A stretch of 64,000 nucleotides of DNA from Prasinococcaceae sp. CCMP 1430 (lineage: Eukaryota; Plantae; Prasinodermophyta). Every line of letters starts with the position of its first letter. Position 1 is the stretch's first letter. The stretch spans positions 69,832 to 133,831 of the forward strand of contig RQSC01000025.1 in NCBI GenBank assembly GCA_013416795.1. Reading direction: 5' to 3'. The notes under the pieces were generated by a model, which was not told the origin of the DNA, did not search any database, and was given only the letters and a program-made list of their open reading frames with translations. Of the stretch, positions 11,280 to 22,065 are shown piece after piece. A program made the position numbers and the translations under genes.

Positions 11280-12572
11280 TCAGCTGGCGTACACCAGGTA
11301 CTCGTCCAGGCCGGTGAAGCGTCTCGCCAGCGCAGCGCCCTCGGCGGTCGGCTGCGAGAAGGCCAGCGCCGCGCGCTCGGCGATGACTCCCGCGCGCAGC
11401 GCGCCGCGCAGCTCATCGAGCAGCCGGGTGGCCACCCCGCGCCGTCGCGCGGACGCGTGCGTCCACACTGCGCGCACGCCGACGGCGCACGGCACGGACT
11501 CGGCTGAGCAACGCGTGGGTCCCATCGACAGCTCAGCGCCCGCACCGTCACTTCCCTGCTCGCTTGCGCCCGCGGGCAGCGCCCTGCACGCCTTCGAGAG
11601 CCGCTCCGCGAAGACGGCGCCTACCACGCGCTTTGCTCCCGACACGTAGAGCAGCACCGTGCACGGCGTCTCCTTCAGCCATTCCTTGGTCAGGCCGAGA
11701 TCCTTCGAGACGATCTCGGCAATCTCGCTCGCCTTGCGCACATGCGCCGCCGCGTCCGTCGGGAGCACAGCGACCACCCGCGCCTTCGAGGCGGCGCCGG
11801 CGCCCCTTTCGAAGCTCGATGGGGCCGCGTACTTCGGCTCGAAGAGCCTGAGCACGCGCTCGGCCTTCCAACCGGGGAAGCGAGGGCCCAGCATGACGGC
11901 ATCGTGCATCGCGGCGTGCGCCCGTTCGTCGTCGGGGACGCCCTTCACGTACACGCAGCCGCACGTGGCGCACGTGATCGCGCCAAAGTTGGCCTGCCCG
12001 AGGTCGAGGAACGTCTGCGTCGAGGCTCGCCGAGGGTTGGCGCTCGACTCGGCGCGGCCCGCAGGCGCCGCAGCAGCGCCCGCGCCCGCTCGCGCGCCCT
12101 CGCCGTGTTTGTCGAGCAGGTGCGCTGCGCGCGCGCCGGCTCTCTTCCTCCTGCTGAAGACCTGCGGCGTGTGCGCCATGGCAGCCTCTCCGCACGCGTC
12201 GTCTCCGCCCAGGAAACTGCTGGCCCCACCATCCTGGCTGCTGTAGCGCGCACGCTTGCCACGCGACGTGTACGTGACAGGCGCGGTCGGCGCGCTCGCC
12301 CGCCTGAACAGGCCGTCCTCGCTGTCGTCCGCGCTGCCGTCCTCGCTTCCGCTGCCACCGTCATGTCCGCCTCCTTCCGCCCCCGCGCTCGGCGGCATCG
12401 CTTCCCCCTCCGAGGCCGCATCGTCCGCACTTCTCGCGCGCCACGTAGGTACGATCCCGCCTAGCGTCTCGGCGAGCTCCGCCGGCGAGTCCCCGCCGCC
12501 GCCGCCGCCGCCGCCGTCGGCCCCGCCGCCGGCAGGCGCGAAGAAGCTGCGCATGGTGCGCTGGCGCGCCAT
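11280..12572 (-). CDS. CTF7: Cohesin acetyltransferase ECO1/CTF7/ESCO-like
   Basis: QTFLDLGQANFGAITCATCGCVYVKGVPDDERAHAAMH (zinc finger) and the GNAT motif GVRAVWTHASARRRGVATRLLD..AFSQPT. N-terminal PIP-like QRTMRSFF after ATG 12572. Confidence 0.88.
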   Translation of the reverse strand: MARQRTMRSFFAPAGGGADGGGGGGGGDSPAELAETLGGIVPTWRARSADDAASEGEAMPPSAGAEGGGHDGGSGSEDGSADDSEDGLFRRASAPTAPVTYTSRGKRARYSSQDGGASSFLGGDDACGEAAMAHTPQVFSRRKRAGARAAHLLDKHGEGARAGAGAAAAPAGRAESSANPRRASTQTFLDLGQANFGAITCATCGCVYVKGVPDDERAHAAMHDAVMLGPRFPGWKAERVLRLFEPKYAAPSSFERGAGAASKARVVAVLPTDAAAHVRKASEIAEIVSKDLGLTKEWLKETPCTVLLYVSGAKRVVGAVFAERLSKACRALPAGASEQGSDGAGAELSMGPTRCSAESVPCAVGVRAVWTHASARRRGVATRLLDELRGALRAGVIAERAALAFSQPTAEGAALARRFTGLDEYLVYAS

Positions 12573-12805
12573 GTGCTCCGGTCGCGCGCGCAGGCGGTAG
12601 TCATTCTCCCCCCCCCCCCCTCTCTGCCCCGCAGCCCCTGCCCCCGCGCCGCCCTGCGCGCGGGGTGTGGCGCGCGCTCGCGCAGCGCCGCGTTCGCGTC
12701 TGCGTTTGAACTTTTGACGGCGCGGCGCGGCGGGCAAAAACCCCAATGACTTTCAGCGCACGGCATCTCCAAATGATGGCGTCGATGCGCGCGCGGCAAC
12801 GAAAG

Positions 12806-12813
12806 TAGGGTTT
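12806..12813 (-). promoter_or_regulatory. Telobox-like element (AAACCCTA)
   Basis: TAGGGTTT in the divergent CTF7/purH intergenic region. A second copy (TTTAGGGTTT) lies at ~48404-48413 in the ABCB/WD40 intergenic region. Function is inferred from plant telobox promoters. Confidence 0.4.
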
Positions 12814-13317
12814 GCATCCGCGTGATCCCGTATGTTTGCATGAGATCGCCGCGAAAGGTTCGGGTTTCCGCGTTCGAATGCGAGGTGATGGTGTGATCTC
12901 CCGTGGTGACATTTGAAATGAATTTGAATTTTAAATGTCGGTGGCGGCGCGGCGCCACGTGCGTGCGCGCGCGCGCGTCGTGCGTGTGGTCTGCCCCGCC
13001 GCCGGACGAATTACGGATTAATTTCGTGTGTGATAATGAAGTTGTTTTAGTATAAAATGAATATAAATAATGGCGATGGAATCTCCGAGAGTCCGCGATT
13101 TGGGGGGATGAGCGAGCGCTGATCAGCGCGCGCCACACCCGCGACGCGCCAGGCGGCGCTCCTCGCCCTCTCCTGCCTGCTGCTGCGCGATCGGCGGCGC
13201 GAGGGGGCGGGATGGCGTGCTCTAGGTCGTCGACGGCGATGGCCGCGCCCGCGCGCGGCGCGGCGGCGGCCACATGCGCGGCGTGCGGCGCGCGCGACGC
13301 GGCGGTGCGCGGCGTCG

Positions 13318-14904
13318 ATGGCCGCCAAGAGGGCGCTGCTGAGCGTGTCGGACAAGGCCGGCGTGGCCGACCTCGCCAAGGGGCTGAGCGAGCTGGGATA
13401 CGATCTGGTGTCCACTGGGGGCACCGCCAAGGCGCTGCGCGACGCTGGCCTCGAGGTGGCCGACGTGGCCGACATCACGTCGTTCCCTGAGATGCTCGGC
13501 GGGCGCGTCAAGACGCTGCACCCGGCGGTGCACGGCGGCATCCTCGCCAAGCGCGACGATCCCGAGCACATGAGCACCATCGAGGGCCACGACATCGAGC
13601 CCATCGACCTGGTGGTGGTCAACCTCTATCCCTTCCGCTCCACCGTGACGGCCGAGGGCGGCTGCGCGTTCGCCGACGGGGTCGAGAACATCGACATCGG
13701 TGGCCCTTCCATGCTGCGCGGCGCGGCCAAGAACCACACCGGCGTGCTGCCGCTCGTGGACCCCGAGGACTACGACCGCGTGCTCGAGATGCTGCGTGCG
13801 GGCGACATCCCCGCCGACGCGCCCCTCCGCCGCGAGCTCGCGTGGAAGACCTTCCAGCACGTGGCGTCCTACGACGCCATCGTCGCCGAGTGGCTGTGGT
13901 CGGAGCAGAGCGACGAGGCGCCGCCGGCGCTGTGCGTGCCCATGGAGCGCACCGCGTCGCTGCGGTACGGCGAGAACCCGCACCAGCCGGCGGCGACCTA
14001 CGCGGACCTGTCGCTCCGCGAGGCGGGCGCGGGCGGCGTGTCGCACGCGGTGGTGCACCACGGCAAGGAGATGAGCTACAACAACTACCTGGACGCGCAG
14101 GCCGCGTGGGCGTGCGTCAACGACCTGCCGTCGCAGGGCTGCGTGGTGGTCAAGCACACCAACCCGTGCGGCGTGGCGTGCAACGAGGACATCCTGGAGG
14201 CCTACCGCGACGCCGTGCGCGCCGACGCCACCAGCGCCTTCGGTGGCATCGTGGCGTTCAACTGCGAGGTCGACGAGAAGCTCGCGCGCGAGCTGCGTGA
14301 GTTCCGCTCGCCCAACGACGGCGAGACGCGCATGTTCTACGAGATCGTCATCGCGCCCTCGTACACCCCCGAGGGCCTCGAGACCCTCAAGGGCAAGAGC
14401 AAGAACCTCCGCATCCTCGAGTCGCCCGTGCGCTCCAAGGGCACCACGTCGCTGCGCCAGGTGGGCGGCGGCTGGCTCATGCAGGCGGCTGACGACCTGG
14501 TCCCTGAGGACATCGAGTGGACCTGCCCCACGAAGGCCCAGCCCACCGAGCAGCAGGTCAAGGACGCCATGTTTGCGTGGGTGTGCTGCAAGCATGTCAA
14601 CTCCAACGCCATCACCGTCGCCAAGGACAACAGGATGCTCGGCATGGGCAGCGGCCAGCCCAACCGCGTCTTCTCCGTGGAAATCGCCATGGGCAAGGCC
14701 GGCGACGAGTTCAAGGGCGCCGCGCTCGCGTCCGACGCCTTCTTCCCCTTCGCGCGCGGCGATTCCGTGGAGAACGCGTGCAAGGCGGGCGTCGGGGTCA
14801 TCGTGCAGCCCGGCGGCAGCATGCGTGACGACGAGGCCATCGAGGTCTGCGACGAGCACAACGTGCCCATGATCATGATGGGGCACAGGCACTTCAAGCA
14901 CTAG
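13318..14904 (+). CDS. purH: Bifunctional AICAR transformylase/IMP cyclohydrolase
   Basis: ALLSVSDK, STGGT, GGRVKTLHPAVHGGIL, ENIDIGGPSMLR, LRYGENPHQ, KHTNPCG, GMGSGQPNRV, LASDAFFPF, QPGGSMRD, terminal RHFKH. The true N-terminus (transit peptide) is uncertain. Confidence 0.95.
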   Translation: MAAKRALLSVSDKAGVADLAKGLSELGYDLVSTGGTAKALRDAGLEVADVADITSFPEMLGGRVKTLHPAVHGGILAKRDDPEHMSTIEGHDIEPIDLVVVNLYPFRSTVTAEGGCAFADGVENIDIGGPSMLRGAAKNHTGVLPLVDPEDYDRVLEMLRAGDIPADAPLRRELAWKTFQHVASYDAIVAEWLWSEQSDEAPPALCVPMERTASLRYGENPHQPAATYADLSLREAGAGGVSHAVVHHGKEMSYNNYLDAQAAWACVNDLPSQGCVVVKHTNPCGVACNEDILEAYRDAVRADATSAFGGIVAFNCEVDEKLARELREFRSPNDGETRMFYEIVIAPSYTPEGLETLKGKSKNLRILESPVRSKGTTSLRQVGGGWLMQAADDLVPEDIEWTCPTKAQPTEQQVKDAMFAWVCCKHVNSNAITVAKDNRMLGMGSGQPNRVFSVEIAMGKAGDEFKGAALASDAFFPFARGDSVENACKAGVGVIVQPGGSMRDDEAIEVCDEHNVPMIMMGHRHFKH

Positions 14905-14976
14905 CGGAAGCGCCTGCGGCGAGACGCCGCGTACATAAAGACGTATATTAATCACACACCGCGCGCTGCGCGTGCA

Positions 14977-17718
14977 TCACGCGAGCGCGTCGTCGAAGAA
15001 TTGCTGCACGCGGGACTCCAGCGTGAGCCTGTCCTCGATCCCGCGGGGCATGTGACGCTCGTCGGGAAACAGCAGCAGCTCGTAGACGCCGCTCTTCCCC
15101 AGCGAGTTCAGCGTACTCACCAGGCGGAACGTGTGGCGCGCGTGGACGTTCTCGTCAAGCAGCCCGTGGACGATGAGCAGCTTCTGCGAGGGCTCGAGGT
15201 TGGCGCAGTGCTCCATGACGGAGCTCAGTGCGTAGCCCTCCTCGTTGAGCGCGGGCAGATCCATGTAGCGCTCCGTGTAGTAGGTGTCATAGCCCTCCCA
15301 GCTGGTGACCGGCGCGCCCGCCACGGCCGCCCTGAACACGTCCGGTGCGCGGCACAGACACATGGCGGCGAGGTATCCGCCGTACGACCACCCGCAGATG
15401 CCCACCCTGCCGGCACACGCAAGGCCCTGCCCGACCGCCCACTTGACCAGGGCTACCTGGTCGGCGACCTCGATATCGCCCAGTCTGTGGCGCACGCGGC
15501 TTTCGAACGCCACGCCGCGCCGCGCCGAGCCGCGATTGTCCACCTTGAGCACCAAGTAGCCCCTATGGCACAGGTACTGCGCACGCATGTCCACGGTCAT
15601 GTTCCACGAGTCGGTGACGTGCTGCACGTTGGGGCCGCCGTACACAGCCACGACCGTCGGGTACGGGCCAGACCCGAAGCGTTCCGGGTCGGGCCTGTAC
15701 ACCGCGGCGTACAAGGTCTCGCCCGCGCCGGGCGTGTTGTGCGGCGCGCGCAGCTGCACGATGGCGGGCGCGCGCAGCCGCAGGCGCGAGATACGCTCGA
15801 CCGCCATGGGCGGCTCGTAGATGAGCAGCGACTGCGCGTCCGAGCTGGTGCTGTCGTACGTGTCGGAGAGTGCGTGCGCGAGCGAGTGCAGCGACATGCT
15901 CGGCACGCGCTCGAGGCCGTCGTGCACGTCGACGAACGATCGCAGGGCGTGGTCGAGCACCACCGAGTGCCGCCCCGATCGGTGCGTGATCTTCCGCGGG
16001 AAGGGGCCGGAGTTGATCGGCCGGACGGTGCCGTCGGCCGCTTTCTCGTACAGCGTGGTCACCAGCAGGTGCATTTCGAGCGGCGCGGGCACTGCCGCCA
16101 TGTAGTACACCAGCCCCCTCTCCTCGTCCACGCCCACAACGTTTTCGACCACATACTCGCCGCTCGTCAGCTGCGCCACCATCGTGCCGTCTCCGGCGTA
16201 TTGATACAAATGCTTGAAGCCCGTTCGCTCCGAGCCCCACAGGAAGCCGCCCAGCTCCACCTTGGCGGCCCCGAGATCGCTGGGTGCGCTGGTGGCCTGC
16301 GCGCTGGCCAGGCCGTGCGGCCGGTGCAGCGGCGTGAGGAAGTGATCGAGATTCACCCACGTCGCGCTCTCCTCGGTGAGCACCAGCCTGCGCGCGCCCG
16401 TCGAGGGGTCGAACGCCAGCAGCTTGAGGCGCGTCTGCCTCCGATTTTGCACCTGCGCGAGCAGCACCCCTGATCCCGTCCACAGGAAGCGGGCGAGGTA
16501 CTCCTCGTCCTTGTCCTGCCTCCCCGCGCCCGGCCCGCCCCCGCCGCAGTCCAGGTCCATCAGCACGGGCGGCCCGCCGCACACGCTCACCACGGCGAGC
16601 CTGACGCGCACGTTCGGTTTGCCCGCGAACGGGTACGCGTGATCCTCCTGCGCCTCCGCCCCCACCGCAGCCTTGCCCTGGTGCATGATGCGGAAGAGCT
16701 CCACGCCGCCGCTGTCCACGACGGTGTACGCCAGCATGCGCCCGTCGAGCGACCACGCCACGCCGCTGCGGCGATTCATTTCCTCCTGCGCGATAAACTC
16801 GGCCACGCCGTGCGCCACCGTGCCCGGCACCGAGCCCCACGTGAGCTGCCGCGACGGCTGCGAGCCGCCGCCGTCCGCCCGCGCCACCGGCACCACGTGC
16901 ACCTCGTCGTCCCTCACGAAACTCACGTGCTCGCCGTCGGGCGACACCTGCGGGTCGAGCACCGGGCTGTCGTACGTGGCGGCGACCAGCGTGCGCAGCG
17001 AGCCGTCGGCGAACGAGAACACGCACGCGCCATCCGGCAGCGGCAGCAGGAGCTCACCGGTGCTCTTGATCCACTCGTAGCGCGTGATGCCCAGCCCGAG
17101 CTCGCGGCTGCGCTCGCGGCGCAGCCGCTCGGCCATCGGCAGGGCGCGCTCGTCGGCCTGCTCACCCACGCTCACGAGCACCTCCTCCCTCCGCGTGGCC
17201 AGGTCGTAGCGGAAGAGCCTACGGCTGAGCGTGCCCTCGGGCGAGTACAGGTACGTGAGGAAGGAGTTGTCCGGCGAGAACGCCACCATCTGCGGCGCGC
17301 CGCATCCCGGCAGCGGGTGTCGCACGATGTCGAGCGCGGTGAACGCGGACGCGACCCAGCCGCCCGCGCCGCCCCCGTCCGCCGACGACGCTGACGGGGC
17401 GCCCGCGCCCTGCACGCTGGGCGCGGCGCCCTCGCACGCGCCGGCGCGCTCTCCGGGCCACGCGCCCGCAGCGGACGGCGCCGCCGAGCCACGCCCAAGC
17501 CGACGCGCACACGAGACGCCCCCCGCCCCTGCCCCGCCCCTCCCACGACCCCGCCCCGCGCACCCGCACCTCCGCCTGCACCAGCGCACCCGCGCGCGCG
17601 CTGTGGCCGCGGCGCCGATCTGGGGAACGCACCCGGGCACGAAGATTTTTCCCCCGGGGTCGGAATCCCCAAATGGAACCCACACCAGGTCATGGATTCC
17701 ATACCATCCCCATTCCAT
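14977..17718 (-). CDS. Dipeptidyl peptidase IV/8/9-like S9B serine peptidase
   Basis: Nucleophile motif GWSYGG, YGGPNVQ, DNRGS, catalytic HGLLDENVH and FPDERH; propeller motifs ERLRRERSRELGLGITRYEW and EFIAQEEM. Recognisable homology starts at ~17345; the true start codon is unresolved. Confidence 0.88.
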   Translation of the reverse strand: MEWGWYGIHDLVWVPFGDSDPGGKIFVPGCVPQIGAAATARARVRWCRRRCGCAGRGRGRGGAGAGGVSCARRLGRGSAAPSAAGAWPGERAGACEGAAPSVQGAGAPSASSADGGGAGGWVASAFTALDIVRHPLPGCGAPQMVAFSPDNSFLTYLYSPEGTLSRRLFRYDLATRREEVLVSVGEQADERALPMAERLRRERSRELGLGITRYEWIKSTGELLLPLPDGACVFSFADGSLRTLVAATYDSPVLDPQVSPDGEHVSFVRDDEVHVVPVARADGGGSQPSRQLTWGSVPGTVAHGVAEFIAQEEMNRRSGVAWSLDGRMLAYTVVDSGGVELFRIMHQGKAAVGAEAQEDHAYPFAGKPNVRVRLAVVSVCGGPPVLMDLDCGGGGPGAGRQDKDEEYLARFLWTGSGVLLAQVQNRRQTRLKLLAFDPSTGARRLVLTEESATWVNLDHFLTPLHRPHGLASAQATSAPSDLGAAKVELGGFLWGSERTGFKHLYQYAGDGTMVAQLTSGEYVVENVVGVDEERGLVYYMAAVPAPLEMHLLVTTLYEKAADGTVRPINSGPFPRKITHRSGRHSVVLDHALRSFVDVHDGLERVPSMSLHSLAHALSDTYDSTSSDAQSLLIYEPPMAVERISRLRLRAPAIVQLRAPHNTPGAGETLYAAVYRPDPERFGSGPYPTVVAVYGGPNVQHVTDSWNMTVDMRAQYLCHRGYLVLKVDNRGSARRGVAFESRVRHRLGDIEVADQVALVKWAVGQGLACAGRVGICGWSYGGYLAAMCLCRAPDVFRAAVAGAPVTSWEGYDTYYTERYMDLPALNEEGYALSSVMEHCANLEPSQKLLIVHGLLDENVHARHTFRLVSTLNSLGKSGVYELLLFPDERHMPRGIEDRLTLESRVQQFFDDALA

Positions 17719-18235
17719 GTGACCTTGACTAAGACTCACAGAAGTATACATCATTTCTCACTACAGTGAAATAATTACATTCAGATGATATGAACAAATA
17801 AAGTGGTCAAAACGTCATTATTGGGTTCTGCGTGGATGTTGATAATAGTACGAGTGGTTCCACTGAGGAGAAACGTCAAAGCGAATGGCGCTCGCCCGGC
17901 GGGCGGGCGCCCCGCGCGCGCGCGAAAAGGTCACCTGCGAACCAAAAGCGGGGGAAAAAAAAGGGGGGGGGCTGCTCTGCCGCATGGGCGGCAACGCGCA
18001 CTTTTTTGCAATTGAATTTGATGAGACCCAAAGCAATGAGGAGTGACCTATCGAGGGCGCTCCTCGTGCGCTTCAGAGGCAAGCAGGAGTGACGTGCCGA
18101 GGTCAAAGTGCATGTCGCTCAAGCCGGGACGGGCGGGCGGCGCGATATGCGGTGCGGGCTGACGCGCCTTTTTTCTTTTTCTTTTTGTGTGCGCGGTGTC
18201 GGCCGCGCCCGTGCGGAGGCGTGCCATCAGACGGC

Positions 18236-18290
18236 ACACCTCTTTCTTTTTCTTTTTCTTTTCTTTTTTCTTTTTCTTTTTCTTTTTCTT
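18236..18290 (+). repeat. (CTTTTT)n-like pyrimidine tract
   Basis: About 55 nt of only C/T with ~6-nt periodicity in the DPP/orphan intergenic region. Confidence 0.8.
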
Positions 18291-18601
18291 CGGCCGGTGT
18301 TTGATTTGGCCGCGACTGCGCCTTTTTCCCCTGTTTTTTTTTCTCCAGAGAGAGACGGAATCCTCACGCACTTCTGCGTCATTCAACCTTTCCGTGCCCT
18401 GAATGGATTCGCTCTCGACTTCGTTTTACTACTTGGGTTCCGTGGAATCCCAGTGCGGCCGATCGTTGTGGTCTGTGCACACGCACAAAAATTCGTGCGC
18501 AGCCGGGCGGACCGCCGCGCGTTCGTTCCCCCGGGCGGCGTGGTTCAAATTGCGCGGGCGAGAGGGGGCGAGGGGGCGGGGCGGCAGACCGCGCGCCGCC
18601 A

Positions 18602-18618
18602 NNNNNNNNNNNNNNNNN
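18602..18618. other. Assembly gap (N run)
   Basis: 17 N. Other gaps are at 28452-28495 and 53261-53369. All lie in GC-rich 5' regions of genes. Confidence 1.
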
Positions 18619-18750
18619 CTGAACTCACGCCGCGCCCGCGGGGGGTGTCGCGCGCGGGGGTGGAAAGGGAGGGGGGAGGGGAAGGGAGGCGGACGGGAGG
18701 GCCCGGGCCGCGCGTCGAGGGAGGGCGTGGCGCGCGCGCGGGCGGGAGCC

Positions 18751-18796
18751 ATGGCGCTGCGCGCGCCGGTCTACCGCGGCGATGCCCTGGAGGAGG

Positions 18797-18833
<37 letters not shown>

Positions 18834-19797
18834 GGGCGCGCACGAGGGCATGGACGCCGGCGCGCTTTTCGGCCCCCCGCCGGTCTTCGACTGGACCCAG
18901 ACTATCCGCAGGATACGCCCCTGGCTCCTCCTGTTCGGCGCGTGCATCGTGTACGCCATCTACTGGTACATCGCCGAGCGCGTGACGCTCAACGTCGCCG
19001 ACTCAAACGCGCGCGACGCCATCAACTCGTACCGGCGCTCGCAGCCGGCCGTGCAGGCGCACCACGACGACTTCTTTCTGGCGGACCTCAACGCCATCAG
19101 TGCCGAAGTGCGCTTCTCCGGCGAGAGGCCGCGCTGGAGTGCGGTGACGTATCTGAGCGTCGCCGACGCCAAGCTGGATGGCGGCATCGCCGACATCTGG
19201 AGGATCTTCGGGCTGTCCACGACCTGCTCGTCGACGGCCGCGCGCGCCAGGGAGCTCGAAGCGGACCTGTTCGTCGAGGTCCCGGCGTACCGCCATGGTT
19301 GCGTCGCGGATGGCAGCTGCGTGCTCGAAGTGACGGCGGCGACGTACCTCGGCGGCGCGGTGGGCGTGCCAATGTACGAGCTCCTGCCCGCGGCGTCGGG
19401 CGAGGCGGGCAGGGTGCAGCTGCGGCGACTGACAGCAGTGTCCGTCAGGGTGAGCTACGCGGCTCGGCTGCGCGGAGAGGACAGGGCGTGGCGGCTGGAC
19501 GGCGCGGAAGGCACGTACGCGACAGTGCTCGCCGACGTTGCATACGAGGACGCCGCGGCCGGCAGATCCCTGAGGGGCGTCGCGGTGCGCGTCCGCGACA
19601 GCGCCGCGCCGGAGCGACTCACGTACCCGCAGCTCACTGGCGCGTGGCGGCTTGCAGGGGTCCTCTCGACCCTGAGCGTGGCCGCACTCATCGTGGTCAC
19701 GGTCCCGCCGTTCGTCGGCATCAGCTACGTGACCGTCATGAGTGATGACGCCCCGCCACCGTGCTGGCGCATGCGGCTGTCCTGGCGGGGTTGGTGA
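18751..19797 (+). CDS. Uncharacterised two-TM membrane protein with polyQ N-terminus
   Basis: GCC-ATG start at 18751, intronless ORF with coding-like codon usage. Hydrophobic segments PWLLLFGACIVYAIYWYIA and LAGVLSTLSVAALIVVTVPPFVGISYV flank a ~240-aa Cys-containing loop. No family recognised. Confidence 0.6.
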
Positions 19798-19936
19798 GAG
19801 CGCCCGCAGCCCCTGCGCGCAGCCATGCTAGGCCGTGCTGCGCGCGCTGCGGGGCCTGGCCCTTGCGCTCAAATTGTAAACTCCCAAAAATGCTGTACAA
19901 AAATGGATTATCGTACACAGAGGGGGCGCGCCAGCA

Positions 19937-22065
19937 TCACTGAGCGCAGGCGTGCGAGGGCGCCGCGGTGGCGCCCGCGCCGCCGGCGTGCCGGCCCTCG
20001 CCATCGGCCATCTGGGACCGCGCGAGTGCCACCAGCTCTGCTGCCGCGCCGCCCTCCACGTAGGGCATGCCGCCGCTCGTCGCAGCCGCGAATTCGCGCA
20101 CGCTCGACACCGCGAGGGGCATGCCGACCAGCCGGTCGTTGAGGACGACCGTGGCGACGTAGTCGCCGGGGCGCACCTGCACGCGCTCAGGCCCGTTCGC
20201 CGCGCCCATCGCGCTGCCACCGCGCAAAGCCCCCAGGGAGGGCGCCACCGCCAGCTCCTTGGGTATGCGGATGCCCCGGTTGGTGTTAGAGCGCGCCCAC
20301 AGCTCGCCCTCCTTGTTGCCGTCCCCCTCGACGAGAGCGAGGTGCACGCGGCCGACCTCCCTCGCGCGTTGGAGCTCCTCGCCGCGGCGGTACGCAGCAA
20401 TGATCTCCTCGAGCCGGCGCTGTTTGTCCGAGGCGGGAACGTCGTCCTCGTACTTCCTCGCCGCGTGTGTTTTGTCCCTGCGGCTGTAGGCGAACAGGAA
20501 GGCCGACGCGTACCCCGTGCGCTCGATGAGATCCACCGTGAGGGCGTGGTCGTCCTCGGTCTCGCCACAGAAGCCTGCGATGAAGTCCGAGGAGATCTCG
20601 AGCCCGGGCAAGGCAGCGCGCGCGCGGACCACCAGGGAATCGTACGCCTCTCTCGTGTACCCGCGCCGCATGCGCTCCAGCATGCGGCTCGAGCCGCTCT
20701 GCGCGGGCAGGTGCAGCATGCGGCCCACGTTCGGGTGGCGGGCTACCACCTCGAGGACGTCGTCACCAAAGTCCTTGGGGTGAGGACTGGTTGCGCGGAA
20801 GGTGATCTCCGGGTGCGCACCCGCCGCCGCGTCCAGCAACCGCGCGAAGGTGAAGCCACCACGCTGCGGCTTGTACACGGATGTGAAGCCGTCCGCGTAG
20901 GCATCAAAGCCCTCAGCGCCGCCCTTCGAGCGGCCGCCGCTCTCGCCGCCCAGGTAGCAGTAGCTGTTGACGTTCTGGCCGAGGAGCGTGACCTCTTTGA
21001 CGCCCTGCCGAGCGAGAGCGTCGATTTCGCCGAGGATGCTCTCTGGATCGCGGGAGCGCTCGCGACCGCGCACGTATGGCACGATGCAGAACGAGCACAT
21101 GTTGTTGCACCCTGCAGCCGCACCGCCAGCGAAGAGAGCGCGAAGCGCGCTGGTCAGCATGGGCGCGTGCGCGCCTCGCACGCGCGGCCAGGGCAGCGCC
21201 ACGCACCGCGCGTGATGGAGACGAAGGCGCCAACGTCGCCAGCGCGGCGCACGGGCGTCACGTCTGCGTATGTTTCCTCGAGCGATAGCTGGACGTTCAT
21301 GAGGCCCGCACCGGCCAGGCCCGTGCGGCCAGGGGCCGCCAGCGCCGCACCGGCCGCACCCACCAGCCGCGGAAGGTCCCGGTAGGCGTCGGGGCCCGCC
21401 ACCACATCCACTAGCCGGTCGCTCTCCAGCAGCTGGCGCTTGAGGCGCTCCGCCATGCAGCCCAGGACGCCAACGACGGGAGACGCGGGCACACCCTTGC
21501 GCTTTGTGCGAACCTTGAGGTTCTTGAAGTAGTTGAGACGCGACAGCACCTTGTCCTCCGCCTTCTCGCGAATCGCGCACGTGTTGAGCAGCACGACGTC
21601 GGCGGTCGTCGGCCCGTCTGCTGCGACCATGCCGGCGTCCGCCAGGACGGAGAGCACCACTTCGCTGTCGGCTTTGTTCATCTGACAACCATAGGTCTCC
21701 ACCCACAGCGAGCGGCGCTCCAGCCATCGCTGCGGGAGTTCCGTCGGCGAGAGCGGTGCGCCTGCGCCAAATCCCGTGCCCGCCCCCGTGCCCGCGCCGC
21801 CCGCGCCGCCCGCGCGCCCGTCGCCGCCAACGAAGTCGGCGAGCGTCTTGCCGTCCTTGGGCAGCTGCCGCGAGCGCGCGCCGGCGCCAGCGGTGGAAAA
21901 GCTCGCGGCCGCCGCCGCCCTCACCCTAGCAATTGCGGCGGCCATAGACCTCTCAGCGGTGGCAGCGCCCACCGCTGCGCCGCCCGCCGCGCCGCCTGCT
22001 GCTCCAGCCGCTGCGCGCAGCCGCCTCGCCGCCGAGCATGCGCTGAGCGCAGCTCTGCGCCGCAT
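19937..22065 (-). CDS. CDK5RAP1: tRNA methylthiotransferase MiaB/CDK5RAP1 (radical SAM), 2 exons
   Basis: UPF0004 domain ([28 protein letters not shown]). Intron 21206-21112 joins ITRG|CNNMCSFC to form CxxxCxxC. Also [37 protein letters not shown] and a TRAM-like C-terminus. Mitochondrial-type presequence. Confidence 0.92.

Noticed and set aside
12855-12890. GTTCGAAT as a second hidden tRNA T-arm
   Set aside because: The flanks do not form a 5-bp T stem, and no anticodon or acceptor partners or oligo-T terminator were found.
2683-14904. Purine-metabolism cluster (allantoinase and purH)
   Set aside because: The genes are separated by five unrelated genes and act in opposite pathways; this is consistent with chance in a compact genome.
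18020-18165. Possible box C/D snoRNA (TGATGA/TGAGGA ... CTGA)
   Set aside because: No terminal stem and no recognisable rRNA or snRNA complementarity; the motifs are short enough to be chance.
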